Shown here in pieces: positions 49,271-58,296 of a stretch of 64,000 bases of DNA. The stretch lies in sequence record OR999189.1. The stretch is one strand, 5' to 3'. Under the pieces are notes generated by a model, which did no database searches, was not told where the DNA came from, and saw nothing but the letters and a program-made list of their open reading frames with translations. A program made the position numbers and the translations under genes. The first letter of the stretch is position 1; every line of letters starts with the position of its first letter. This DNA comes from Enterobacteria phage P922.

Positions 49271-49852
49271 ATGGCGAGTTTAATTTTTACTTATGCAGCA
49301 ATGAATGCTGGAAAATCTGCTTCTCTTTTGACTGCTGCACATAATTATAAAGAACGTGGAATGAGTGTATTAGTTCTTAAACCTGCTATTGATACTCGCG
49401 ATTCTGTCTGTGAAGTCGTTTCTCGCATTGGAATTAAACAGGAAGCGAATATTATTACGGATGATATGGATATTTTTGAGTTCTATAAATGGGCTGAAGC
49501 ACAAAAAGATATTCATTGTGTATTTGTAGATGAAGCACAGTTTTTAAAAACTGAACAGGTGCATCAATTAAGCCGAATTGTCGATACATATAATGTTCCT
49601 GTTATGGCTTATGGTCTAAGGACTGATTTCGCCGGAAAATTATTTGAAGGTTCTAAAGAACTTTTGGCGATTGCGGATAAACTTATTGAACTAAAGGCAG
49701 TTTGTCATTGCGGTAAAAAAGCGATTATGACAGCTCGATTAATGGAAGATGGAACACCAGTTAAAGAAGGTAATCAAATCTGTATTGGTGATGAAATTTA
49801 TGTTTCTTTGTGTAGAAAACATTGGAACGAATTAACTAAAAAGCTCGGTTAG
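49271..49852 (+). CDS. tk: thymidine kinase
   Basis: 193 aa; P-loop AAMNAGKSASLL; C-terminal Cys cluster; matches T4 Tk from memory. Confidence 0.9.
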   Translation: MASLIFTYAAMNAGKSASLLTAAHNYKERGMSVLVLKPAIDTRDSVCEVVSRIGIKQEANIITDDMDIFEFYKWAEAQKDIHCVFVDEAQFLKTEQVHQLSRIVDTYNVPVMAYGLRTDFAGKLFEGSKELLAIADKLIELKAVCHCGKKAIMTARLMEDGTPVKEGNQICIGDEIYVSLCRKHWNELTKKLG

Positions 49853-49894
49853 TGCAAAAGTTATAAATAGGTTTATCTAACTAAAGGGGTATAT

Positions 49895-50107
49895 ATGCTA
49901 CAATTAACTGAAAAGCAACTTCGCAATCTTACTGTGCTTCAATTAGATGAAATTCGTAGGGAAGTTGGAAATATCATTTCAGCTTTGCGTCGAGAAGTAT
50001 CACTCAACCAATCTCCGGCAGACTATACTAGATTGCGAAATTTTGAAAAATACCTTGATAAAGTTAAGGCCGTGCATCGGCATAAAGTAAATACAGGACA
50101 AAAATGA
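49895..50107 (+). CDS. hypothetical protein
   Basis: 70-aa ORF with AGGGG RBS between tk and rI. Confidence 0.45.
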
Positions 50108-50119
50108 TAGGAGGCCTTT

Positions 50120-50413
50120 ATGGCCTTAAAAGCAGCGGCACTTTTTGCCATGCTAGGATTGTCATTTGTTTTATCTCCATCGATTGAAGCGAATGTCGAT
50201 CCTCATTTTGATAAATTTATGGAATCTGGTATTAGGCACGTTTATACACTTTTTGAAAATAAAAGCGTAGAATCGTCTGAACAATTCTATAGTTTTATGA
50301 GAACGACCTATAAAAATGACCCGTGCTCTTCTGATTTTGAATGTATAGAGCGAGGCGCGGAGATGGCACAATCATACGCTAGAATTATGAACATTAAATT
50401 GGAGACTGAATGA
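50120..50413 (+). CDS. rI: lysis inhibition regulator rI
   Basis: 97 aa; signal-anchor N-terminus MALKAAALFAMLGLSFVLSPSIEA; near-identical to T4 rI from memory. Confidence 0.8.
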   Translation: MALKAAALFAMLGLSFVLSPSIEANVDPHFDKFMESGIRHVYTLFENKSVESSEQFYSFMRTTYKNDPCSSDFECIERGAEMAQSYARIMNIKLETE

Positions 50414-50796
50414 AATTCAGCGACTTTTCACAAAGTGGAAAACCTTCAAAGGCAGATGAATACTTAGGTTTATTAATGGCTGCGCAAGCTTATTTTCATT
50501 CTGCGCATTTTGAAACTAAAAGTTATGCTAGACACAAAGCATACGATTTTATTTTCTCTGAGTTGCCAGATTTGATTGACAAATTTGGTGAGCAGTATTT
50601 GGGGTATTCTGGTAGAAAATACACACCTTCAATTCCAGATGCTAGTAAACTTCCTACCGACACAATTAAAATGATTGATCGTATACTAGACCAATCTAAC
50701 AGCATTTACAAAGAAATGCCTCCAGCCATTCAAAGCACGATAGATGATATTACTGGAATGTTTTATCAAAGTAAGTATCTTCTTTCCCTCGAATAA
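50410..50796 (+). CDS. hypothetical protein (rI.1 position)
   Basis: 128-aa ORF overlapping the rI stop; followed by a strong terminator. Confidence 0.55.
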   Translation: MKFSDFSQSGKPSKADEYLGLLMAAQAYFHSAHFETKSYARHKAYDFIFSELPDLIDKFGEQYLGYSGRKYTPSIPDASKLPTDTIKMIDRILDQSNSIYKEMPPAIQSTIDDITGMFYQSKYLLSLE

Positions 50797-50800
50797 CATT

Positions 50801-50824
50801 AGTCTCCTTCGGGAGACTTTTTTC
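50801..50824 (+). terminator. rho-independent terminator
   Basis: Hairpin AGTCTCC-ttcg-GGAGACT followed by TTTTTT. Confidence 0.7.
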
Positions 50825-50833
50825 ATTTTACCG

Positions 50834-50863
50834 GTTTACTTTCCATTTGAGCTGTGATACTAT
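50834..50863 (+). promoter_or_regulatory. early promoter
   Basis: GTTTAC at 50834, TGATACTAT ending at 50863; directly after the terminator. Confidence 0.5.
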
Positions 50864-50891
50864 ACAACCATCGGATAAAGAGGAGAACATC

Positions 50892-51080
50892 ATGAAAATT
50901 GAAGCACTTAATCAAGAAGGAAATATCTACGTCATCATTAATGGTGATTTTTTCGTCGACATGGATGAAGTTACTAGTGAAGAACTTGAAGAACTTCTTA
51001 AGAAACGTTATGATATGTGTGATGAAGCTGCAACTCACATGGCGTGTGCAATATTCTCTCTTTCATATGTGGTGGAATAA
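50892..51080 (+). CDS. hypothetical protein
   Basis: Track ORF starts at a TTG; first ATG after AGGAGAA RBS ([10 protein letters not shown]) gives 62 aa. Confidence 0.45.
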   Translation: MKIEALNQEGNIYVIINGDFFVDMDEVTSEELEELLKKRYDMCDEAATHMACAIFSLSYVVE

Positions 51081-51283
51081 TGATTAGTATCGAACAAGCA
51101 GATAAAATTAAAGAATTGGTAGCTTTAATTCGCAAAGCAGATGGGGAACTTAGTGACTTTGGTTGGTTTTCGTCAGGTATTGCAAATAAAGGTATTGAAG
51201 AATTTGAAGCTAAAGTTGATAATGCTGTAGAAGCTTTAGATATGTTTCTTGATGAAATTATCGATCATAATACGAGAGTTTAA
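51080..51283 (+). CDS. hypothetical protein
   Basis: Track ORF starts at a GTG; ATG at 51080 (MISIEQADK) overlaps the upstream stop (TAATG); 67 aa. Confidence 0.45.
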   Translation: MISIEQADKIKELVALIRKADGELSDFGWFSSGIANKGIEEFEAKVDNAVEALDMFLDEIIDHNTRV

Positions 51284-51285
51284 GT

Positions 51286-51480
51286 ATGCTGACACACGAA
51301 CAGTTTGAAAAAATCATTAAATTAGTACGTGATGTTGAAATAGATTCATATCAATTAGCAGTTGAGCATTGTGAAGGATATTCATACGACGGTATAGAAG
51401 CAGCTAAAAGAGATTTGGATAAATCCAAAGCTAAGTTAGTTCAATATCTTGAAATGATTAGGTGGAATAATGAAAACTGA
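51286..51480 (+). CDS. hypothetical protein
   Basis: 64-aa ORF with ATG start. Confidence 0.45.
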   Translation: MLTHEQFEKIIKLVRDVEIDSYQLAVEHCEGYSYDGIEAAKRDLDKSKAKLVQYLEMIRWNNEN

Positions 51481-51643
51481 AAAGCAGATGTTTTTAATGA
51501 AGCTAATTGAAGAATATGCTAATGCAGTTTCTGACTATGAGTATTCTTCTCGTGAAAGAGGTACAGCTTTCGCAAAGGAAGAAATGAAAATTATGGTTGA
51601 TGCTCACACAAAGCTTCAGAATTTTATTGAAAACGTCATTTAA
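51470..51643 (+). CDS. hypothetical small protein
   Basis: 57-codon ORF (MKTEKQMFLMKLIEEYANAV...) not in the track (under 60 aa); ATG overlaps the upstream gene end. Confidence 0.35.
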   Translation: MKTEKQMFLMKLIEEYANAVSDYEYSSRERGTAFAKEEMKIMVDAHTKLQNFIENVI

Positions 51644-51645
51644 CG

Positions 51646-51675
51646 GTTTACAAGTTGGCAAGGTTATGGTATAGT
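51646..51675 (+). promoter_or_regulatory. early promoter
   Basis: GTTTAC at 51646, TGGTATAGT ending at 51675. Confidence 0.45.
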
Positions 51676-51810
51676 AATCTTGTCAACTGCTAAGGAGAAG
51701 AGAATGAAAGTTTTGTTTGTTGTGTATGTGATGATTCAATATAATTACCCAATGTTTACTTATAATCTGGTGAACAACATTATTGATATTATTCAAAGGA
51801 GTATGTAATT

Positions 51811-52368
51811 GTGAGTGAGTCGAAGAGAATCAATATGAAACGATTAGTACTAGAAGTTAGTTCACTTTTTGGTGAATTGGCTATAGAAAAAGTAAATAAT
51901 ATGTATCGTTTGACGCAAGAAGACGATATGCTATATTTTACGCCTAGCGAAATTATTCATTTAACCCAAATTGAAAAACCTTACACTGATAAAATTGTAA
52001 GCATTAATGATGAGCATAAAATTCATTTCTATTCTTTATGCCCAGGATTTAACATTGAAAGCGAGTCAATATGCTTATCAATTAATAATTGGGATAATTT
52101 TATAACTAAAATTAAATATTTTTATTATTCTAACGAAAGAAAACATGGTTTAAAATGGTTTAAAAATTGCAATGCTATTATTACTAACGATTGCAATCAG
52201 AATGATGAAACTCTTTTAAATGTATCAAAATGTTATGAAGAGGGAGATGTCTTAACTATTCGTCAAATTGATGATTTTCGATCACATATTGTCACATTTA
52301 CCAAAGACGAAGCTATTGCGCTAAAGACTTATCTTGATTCTGTCATTCCAACTATGATTTCAAAGTGA
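51811..52368 (+). CDS. hypothetical protein, paralog pair member 1
   Basis: 185 aa, GTG start after GGAG RBS; C-terminus SKDEAIALKTYLDSVIPTMISK resembles the next ORF. Confidence 0.5.
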   Translation: MSESKRINMKRLVLEVSSLFGELAIEKVNNMYRLTQEDDMLYFTPSEIIHLTQIEKPYTDKIVSINDEHKIHFYSLCPGFNIESESICLSINNWDNFITKIKYFYYSNERKHGLKWFKNCNAIITNDCNQNDETLLNVSKCYEEGDVLTIRQIDDFRSHIVTFTKDEAIALKTYLDSVIPTMISK

Positions 52369-52374
52369 GGAAAT

Positions 52375-52896
52375 ATGTTTATTTCAAGTGAAAGCGGTTT
52401 AATTCGTGTTGAATTTAAAAATGACATCTTCCTTATTCAAGGAGATGATATTATTAAAATGAGTTATGACGAAATCAAGAAAATTTGTCATATTCTTGAA
52501 AGTCGTGGAAAAGGAAATGCTACTATCGATATAGGTGATTTATGGGTGACACTTTATGAAGTATCCGAAGGATTTAACATTGAAGATGAAAACAACATCT
52601 TAGCTATTGATAAAAGAAGTGATTTGTTTGATGTGTTAAAAGTTTATGAACAGTCAAACGGTGGAAGAAAAGCTGCATTGATTTATCAAAAACCACATTC
52701 ATGTGGAACTGCTTCAATCATTTCAAATATTGAAGATGAAACTGATACTTATATGTGTGTTTTAAAAGCTGGTGGTGACCGTCATCCGGATTTTATTTCT
52801 ATTCGTCAAAACAATGGAGAAATTTCATTATCAAAATCAGAAGCTGAAGCTATGATTAAGTATTTAACAACTGTTACACCTTCAATGAAAGGATAA
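52375..52896 (+). CDS. hypothetical protein, paralog pair member 2
   Basis: 173 aa; C-terminus SKSEAEAMIKYLTTVTPSMKG parallels the upstream ORF. Confidence 0.5.
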   Translation: MFISSESGLIRVEFKNDIFLIQGDDIIKMSYDEIKKICHILESRGKGNATIDIGDLWVTLYEVSEGFNIEDENNILAIDKRSDLFDVLKVYEQSNGGRKAALIYQKPHSCGTASIISNIEDETDTYMCVLKAGGDRHPDFISIRQNNGEISLSKSEAEAMIKYLTTVTPSMKG

Positions 52897-52898
52897 TT

Positions 52899-53360
52899 AT
52901 GATTATTAATGAAAGCTCTTGGCACTATAAATTATTCAAAATGTTTAATGATGAATGGAAACGACCTAAGACACTGTGTGCATACTTTTGGTCTATTGTT
53001 ATCCCTACATTTTTCGTTTCTTTTTTCGGATGTACTATACTCGCAGGTCTAACTATTATCTGTGCAGAAATCATGCAGAAATGGTTTATTTATGGTAGTT
53101 TATGGACTCTTATTCCATCAGCATTTATACTTGCTATTTTGCTTGTTTTACTTATTATTGGTTCATTTGTTATTCCTGCACAACTACATGAAAAATATAA
53201 AGATTATAAATGGAAAAAGGATTATGCTTTACATGTAGAAAATATTGATAGGGCGTATAAAGGTTTACCTCCTATTCAACCCAAGAAATCTATTATCGTC
53301 GAATTTTTAAAAACGCGTAAAGCTAAAGTATGTCCTGTTATTGAATATAAGGCTGAATGA
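52899..53360 (+). CDS. small membrane protein
   Basis: 153 aa with two long hydrophobic helices; coupled to the downstream NTase gene. Confidence 0.5.
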   Translation: MIINESSWHYKLFKMFNDEWKRPKTLCAYFWSIVIPTFFVSFFGCTILAGLTIICAEIMQKWFIYGSLWTLIPSAFILAILLVLLIIGSFVIPAQLHEKYKDYKWKKDYALHVENIDRAYKGLPPIQPKKSIIVEFLKTRKAKVCPVIEYKAE

Positions 53361-54370
53361 TGAAAACAGTAATGAAAAGCTATTTCGGTAGTCATCTTTA
53401 TGGAACTTCTACTCCAGAATCTGATGTAGATTTTAAAGAAATCTTTGTTCCTCCTGCTCGTGATATTCTTATCGGAAATGTTAAAGAGCATATGAGTAAA
53501 AACACTAACAACACATCATCTAAAAACACTAAAGATGATATTGACCATGAACTATACAGTCTTAAGTATTTCTTTAAATTAGCAGCAGATGGTGAAACTG
53601 TAGCATTGGATATGCTTCACACTCCACCTGAGCTAGTGGTTAAATCTGATTTGCCTGATGTATGGAAGTTTATTCAAGACAATCGTTCTCGTTTTTATAC
53701 GACTAACATGAAATCCTATTTAGGATATGTCCGCAAGCAAGCTTCTAAATATGGTGTTAAGGGTTCTCGTTTGGCTGCATTACGTGATGTATTGAAAGTA
53801 GTTAATCAAATCCCCGATCAGTGGGTTGATTACCGAGAAGATGGAACACAAGGACAACGTCGTACTAAAGTTGAAGATATTAAGCATCGTCTTCCAGAGA
53901 ACGAATTCTGCGAATGGGTATTCCATAATCATGAGAAAACAGGCCCACAGACGTTCTACACAGTGTTGGGTCGTAAATATCAGACAACGCTTTCTCTTAT
54001 TGAGCTTAAGCAGTCACTGAACAAATTAGATGCTGAATACGGTGAACGTGCTCGTAAGGCCGAAGCCAATGAAGGTATTGACTGGAAAGCTCTGAGTCAT
54101 GCTTGCCGTGGTGGACTCCAACTATTGGAAATTTACAAAACTGGTGACTTGGTTTATCCACTCCAAGATGCTCCATTTATTCTCGACGTGAAGTTGGGTA
54201 AACATCCATTTAAAACGGTTCAAGAGTTTTTGGAAGATGTGGTCGATCAAGTAGAAGCAGCATCTACTGAAGCTTCTAAGAACGGTATGCAGCAAAAAGT
54301 AGACATGGGTTTTTGGGATGACTTCCTTGAGAGGGTTTATCTTGAAAACCACCGAAGTTATTATAAATGA
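53357..54370 (+). CDS. Pol-beta-superfamily nucleotidyltransferase-like protein
   Basis: 337 aa; N-terminal NTase signature FGSHLYGTSTPESDVDF (GS-x10-DxD); followed by a strong terminator. Confidence 0.65.
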   Translation: MMKTVMKSYFGSHLYGTSTPESDVDFKEIFVPPARDILIGNVKEHMSKNTNNTSSKNTKDDIDHELYSLKYFFKLAADGETVALDMLHTPPELVVKSDLPDVWKFIQDNRSRFYTTNMKSYLGYVRKQASKYGVKGSRLAALRDVLKVVNQIPDQWVDYREDGTQGQRRTKVEDIKHRLPENEFCEWVFHNHEKTGPQTFYTVLGRKYQTTLSLIELKQSLNKLDAEYGERARKAEANEGIDWKALSHACRGGLQLLEIYKTGDLVYPLQDAPFILDVKLGKHPFKTVQEFLEDVVDQVEAASTEASKNGMQQKVDMGFWDDFLERVYLENHRSYYK

Positions 54371-54372
54371 TA

Positions 54373-54396
54373 GGGAGCCTTCGGGCTCCCTTTTTT
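54373..54396 (+). terminator. rho-independent terminator
   Basis: Hairpin GGGAGCC-ttcg-GGCTCCC followed by TTTTTT. Confidence 0.7.
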
Positions 54397-54420
54397 ATTT
54401 CAAAAATTTTTCACAAAATT

Positions 54421-54450
54421 GTTTACAAGCATAAAGCTTTATGGTACTAT
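54421..54450 (+). promoter_or_regulatory. early promoter
   Basis: GTTTAC at 54421, TGGTACTATACAACTATCAA at the -10 region; directly after the NTase terminator. Confidence 0.5.
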
Positions 54451-54487
54451 ACAACTATCAAAACAAACACTTAAACGGAAAAACAAA

Positions 54488-54637
54488 ATGAAAATTACAC
54501 CAATTGAAGTAAAAAAGTTGATTGACACAGAAGAAATTTCAGAGTGTTTTGAAAGTTTCTTAGAAGATGCAACTGAAGATAATGCAGTTTATCTCGCTCA
54601 GAAAATTATCGAAACTTATTTGGAGAAGAATCAATGA
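54488..54637 (+). CDS. hypothetical small acidic protein
   Basis: Track ORF starts upstream inside the promoter; first ATG (MKITPIEVKK) gives 49 aa. Confidence 0.4.
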   Translation: MKITPIEVKKLIDTEEISECFESFLEDATEDNAVYLAQKIIETYLEKNQ

Positions 54638-54897
54638 CAGTTTACGTAGATGTTTTAATGAATCATGGATGGAAACTTCGCGGTCATCCAACTAAAAATT
54701 GTCATATGTTCACTGATGGAGATATTGAAGAGCTTCATGAAATGGCAGAAGCAATAGGAATGAAACGTTCTTGGTTTCAAGATAAACGCATTAAACATTA
54801 TGACTTACACGCTCGGCGACGCCAAAAAGCTATAGAACTTGGCGCCGTAGAAGTATCTCGTCGCGAAGCAGTAAAAATTTGGCAAACATTAAAATAA
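54634..54897 (+). CDS. hypothetical protein
   Basis: 87-aa ORF with ATGA overlap with the upstream gene. Confidence 0.45.
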   Translation: MTVYVDVLMNHGWKLRGHPTKNCHMFTDGDIEELHEMAEAIGMKRSWFQDKRIKHYDLHARRRQKAIELGAVEVSRREAVKIWQTLK

Positions 54898-54900
54898 ATT

Positions 54901-54930
54901 GTTTACAGCAGGGTAGTAGTGTGATACTAT
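54901..54930 (+). promoter_or_regulatory. early promoter for the AAA+ ATPase gene
   Basis: GTTTAC at 54901, TGATACTAT ending at 54930; palindrome GGGTA...TACCC flanks the -10. Confidence 0.5.
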
Positions 54931-54966
54931 TACCCTATCAAAACAAATGTAAAATTGGAGAATAAA

Positions 54967-55935
54967 ATGAAAACTGTAACTATCAATAAGGGTATCTACT
55001 TCGGTAAAGAAATCTCTGGAACTTTTGAGCTCTTAGGTGAATGGTTCCCAGATAATGCTCCGGTAGATGCACAAGGAGATGGTAAAGTTTTTGTTGAAAT
55101 TGACGGTAAGCGTCGCGGTGTTTGGGTTTACAAATCAGACATTTCATATGATGGTGTAAAAGTTGAAGAAGTTAAAGAATCATATGAAGATATGAAAACC
55201 CGCATTAATAAAAGATTTAATGTTATGGGAATGATGACGAATGGTATTATTAACGGAAATATTCGTTCATTAATTATCTCTGGTGCGGCGGGTATTGGTA
55301 AAACGTATTCTTTAGATAAAGCTTTGAATAAAGCAAATGATAATGGATACATTGAATATAAAAGCATTAATGGTAAAATCTCTGGTATCGGTCTTTATGA
55401 ACAGCTTTGGAATAATCGTGAAGAGAATTCTGTCCTTTTGATTGATGATGTGGATGTTTTCTCTGATATGGACATTCTTAATCTTCTGAAAGCTGCTCTG
55501 GACACTGGAGAGACCCGTAAAGTCTGCTGGAGCACCGCATCTTCTTACTTAGAAGAAAAAGGCATTGAGCGTGAGTTTGAATTTAAAGGAACGATTGTTT
55601 TTATCACAAACGTTGACATTGACCGCGAATTAGACCGTGGTACTAAACTTGCTCCACATTTACAAGCATTAGTGTCCCGCTCGGTTTATTTGGATTTGGG
55701 TGTTCACACTAATGAAGAAATTATGGTCAGGGTTGAAGATGTTATTCTTTCAACTGACATGATGCAAAAGCGCGGTCTTTCTGATGAAGAAACTTATAAA
55801 GCATTATCATGGATGAAAGTTAATGTTAATCGTTTACGCAATGTTTCACTGCGTACTGCTCTTTATCTTGCTGACTTTATTATGACCGACAAAAACGGTT
55901 GGGAAGAAATTGCTGAGGTTACTCTTCTGAAATAA
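54967..55935 (+). CDS. AAA+ ATPase-like protein
   Basis: First ATG after GGAG RBS (track start is TTG); Walker A SGAAGIGKT and Walker B VLLIDDVD. Confidence 0.65.
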   Translation: MKTVTINKGIYFGKEISGTFELLGEWFPDNAPVDAQGDGKVFVEIDGKRRGVWVYKSDISYDGVKVEEVKESYEDMKTRINKRFNVMGMMTNGIINGNIRSLIISGAAGIGKTYSLDKALNKANDNGYIEYKSINGKISGIGLYEQLWNNREENSVLLIDDVDVFSDMDILNLLKAALDTGETRKVCWSTASSYLEEKGIEREFEFKGTIVFITNVDIDRELDRGTKLAPHLQALVSRSVYLDLGVHTNEEIMVRVEDVILSTDMMQKRGLSDEETYKALSWMKVNVNRLRNVSLRTALYLADFIMTDKNGWEEIAEVTLLK

Positions 55936-56024
55936 TTCATAAGAGGACTTCTATGACAAAAAGGCAGTTCAGAAATAGATTATATGGACTGCCATTAAAA
56001 AGATAACTAGAATTAAACTGGTGA

Positions 56025-56339
56025 ATGGAGGTAATGATGTTATACTCAAAGGCTCGTGAAATTTACGAAACTAAAATTAAAGAAGCAGTATTTAAGTTCG
56101 CAACGACAATGCGATGGACAAATGACTGGGAGTATTCAAAAAATCATAAGAAGCCCATGGTGACAAGAAAGGCTCATATGTTAGTGTTAATAGACCGTGA
56201 GCAGATTAAAGCCCGAGAAGCCCTCCAGAATCATAAAAAGGCTGCCTTTGAATGGTTTATGGATAACACTGCTCCTGAGACTAAGAAAGCAGTGAGCGCA
56301 TGGTTCAGTGGAAAAAATTGTGAAAGAAGTTTCTTTTAG
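56025..56339 (+). CDS. hypothetical protein
   Basis: 104-aa ORF; possible alternative starts at 56034/56037. Confidence 0.45.
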   Translation: MEVMMLYSKAREIYETKIKEAVFKFATTMRWTNDWEYSKNHKKPMVTRKAHMLVLIDREQIKAREALQNHKKAAFEWFMDNTAPETKKAVSAWFSGKNCERSFF

Positions 56340-56341
56340 TG

Positions 56342-56371
56342 GTTTACAAGACTGTTCCTCTGTGGTACTAT
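56342..56371 (+). promoter_or_regulatory. early promoter
   Basis: GTTTAC at 56342, TGGTACTATACAACTATCAA at the -10 region. Confidence 0.5.
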
Positions 56372-56399
56372 ACAACTATCAACTACGGAGGAACACAAA

Positions 56400-56927
56400 A
56401 TGAACGCTAAAGATATTTTCAACCTGGTAAATTACAACGATGGTAAATTTAAATCTGAAGCGCAAAGCAAGTTCTTTAACGACATCTCAATCGGAGGTGA
56501 AATCACTGTTGATGGAGGACAAATTTACAAATCCCGTTGGAATTGGATCGTTATTATTGATGAGATCGGTATTGTAGAAATTTACAAGAATACGAATAAA
56601 AATCGTACATTACACTGGTCTCGTGATACTAACGAACAGTACAAAAAGGATAAAGCATCTAAAATGTCTCGTGTAACTCAAGAAGATATTGAGTTCATCA
56701 AGAAAGATATTTTAATGTATGATAACTTAATTGCTGAAGAGCAAGCTGTTATTGATAAATTTGACGAGATTAAAGCTTCTCGTGAAATTCCTGATTTTAT
56801 GAAAGAATCAGTAAATGAACGATACTCTCTCATTTCAGAGCGTATTGAAACTTACAAAAAGCAAAGAGCTGAACGCCAAAATACTCTTCGGAAGTTTGAA
56901 GAACGGTTAAAGACGGTACTCGCATAA
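56400..56927 (+). CDS. hypothetical protein with C-terminal coiled coil
   Basis: 175-aa ORF with GGAGG RBS and early promoter upstream. Confidence 0.5.
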   Translation: MNAKDIFNLVNYNDGKFKSEAQSKFFNDISIGGEITVDGGQIYKSRWNWIVIIDEIGIVEIYKNTNKNRTLHWSRDTNEQYKKDKASKMSRVTQEDIEFIKKDILMYDNLIAEEQAVIDKFDEIKASREIPDFMKESVNERYSLISERIETYKKQRAERQNTLRKFEERLKTVLA

Positions 56928-56982
56928 CCGCTTTATACCAAGGATGGTATAATGGTTCTAAGCCCTTTTAATTGAGATTATT

Positions 56983-57390
56983 ATGAAACGGTTGATAATT
57001 AAAAGATTGAATTTATTGATATGTTGTTTATGTATAGTAGTTGCATATGGTTATTACGCAATTAATGATTATATGCATTATAAAGATTATGATGTTACTG
57101 TAGTTAATACTATTACAGGAACTCAAGGAAAAGGGTCTAGTTTATCGTTTATTGCCGTATATGAACTCAAAGACGGTTATAGATTTAGTGAATATATTTC
57201 CCCAGAGATGTATTCTTCAATAGAAAAAGGTGATAATATTACTGTAAGTTTACGTCCTTTCGACGTAAAACAGACACTGTTTGATAATATTGTTTGGTTC
57301 TTTGGGATGGTATTAGTTCAATCCGTGTGTGGCGCTTATGTAGTTTGTTCAATCATATTCTGTGTATTTAGTAAAATTGAAATTGAGTGA
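56983..57390 (+). CDS. small membrane protein
   Basis: 135 aa with N- and C-terminal hydrophobic helices. Confidence 0.45.
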   Translation: MKRLIIKRLNLLICCLCIVVAYGYYAINDYMHYKDYDVTVVNTITGTQGKGSSLSFIAVYELKDGYRFSEYISPEMYSSIEKGDNITVSLRPFDVKQTLFDNIVWFFGMVLVQSVCGAYVVCSIIFCVFSKIEIE

Positions 57391-57397
57391 GGAAAAT

Positions 57398-58288
57398 ATG
57401 TCAGTAGTAATTAATAATGTCAATGCAGTAATTAAATCTTTAGTTAATAAAAAAATGATGAATGAATGGACTGTACTTCGTCGTGGAGAGCCAGATAAAT
57501 TTTTTCATAGATTTAACCCAACTTTGGATTTGAATGTTATTGATAAAGATGTTCATGCCGAAATTTTAGATAAGTTTAAAGTTGATATTGGATTTGGATT
57601 AGAAAAACATTTGCAGCGAACAAGCGGATCTGGAATGAGTTTATCTAATCGCATTATGAAAGCCCTTAATAAAATTGGAGCATTGTCTCGTATTAACGCG
57701 AGTGAAATCCTTCGTAATTATAATAAAGGATATGACCTTTATGGTCGACTGATGCCAAAATTATCATTCGATCAAATGATAGCGGATTTGTGGGAAAATC
57801 AAAGACGATTATTAGCATTAGGCGCTCGATTAGCTAAAGGTTTAGATAAACAAATGATTTTTAAGACCAATAATACAGAAGACCTTAAATGCTTTAAATT
57901 TAGTATTCGTGGAGATGATTATTACATCAGAGCTCACTCTACAGATTATGCTAATATGGGGCATCATCTCTGTTTAGCTTTTGAAGTTTTAAAAGAAGCT
58001 GGAACATTAGAATATACGTCTGGTGCTAAATGCCCTATTGGTTCAAGTTGTATTTTAATTTATCGCCCGGATGAATCCAGTTCAACTAAATTGCCTACAA
58101 AACCTGTACCGGTTCGTAGTAACGAAAAACATTCTGAACAAATTGATTATTTTAATAAGCAGATTGAAGAGCTGAATATTTCTATTCAACAATATGATGA
58201 TGAAATTTTCAGACTATCTGGATTGAGTAGTAAAGCTAAATCTGAGCGTGAAAAGTTAATTAAAATTGTTGATTTACTTAAATCTTAA
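57398..58288 (+). CDS. hypothetical protein, paralog A of a four-member coiled-coil-tailed family
   Basis: First ATG after GAGGAAAA RBS (MSVVINNVNAV); about 296 aa; C-terminal coiled coil of about 45 aa. Confidence 0.55.
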   Translation: MSVVINNVNAVIKSLVNKKMMNEWTVLRRGEPDKFFHRFNPTLDLNVIDKDVHAEILDKFKVDIGFGLEKHLQRTSGSGMSLSNRIMKALNKIGALSRINASEILRNYNKGYDLYGRLMPKLSFDQMIADLWENQRRLLALGARLAKGLDKQMIFKTNNTEDLKCFKFSIRGDDYYIRAHSTDYANMGHHLCLAFEVLKEAGTLEYTSGAKCPIGSSCILIYRPDESSSTKLPTKPVPVRSNEKHSEQIDYFNKQIEELNISIQQYDDEIFRLSGLSSKAKSEREKLIKIVDLLKS

Positions 58289-58296
58289 GGAACACC

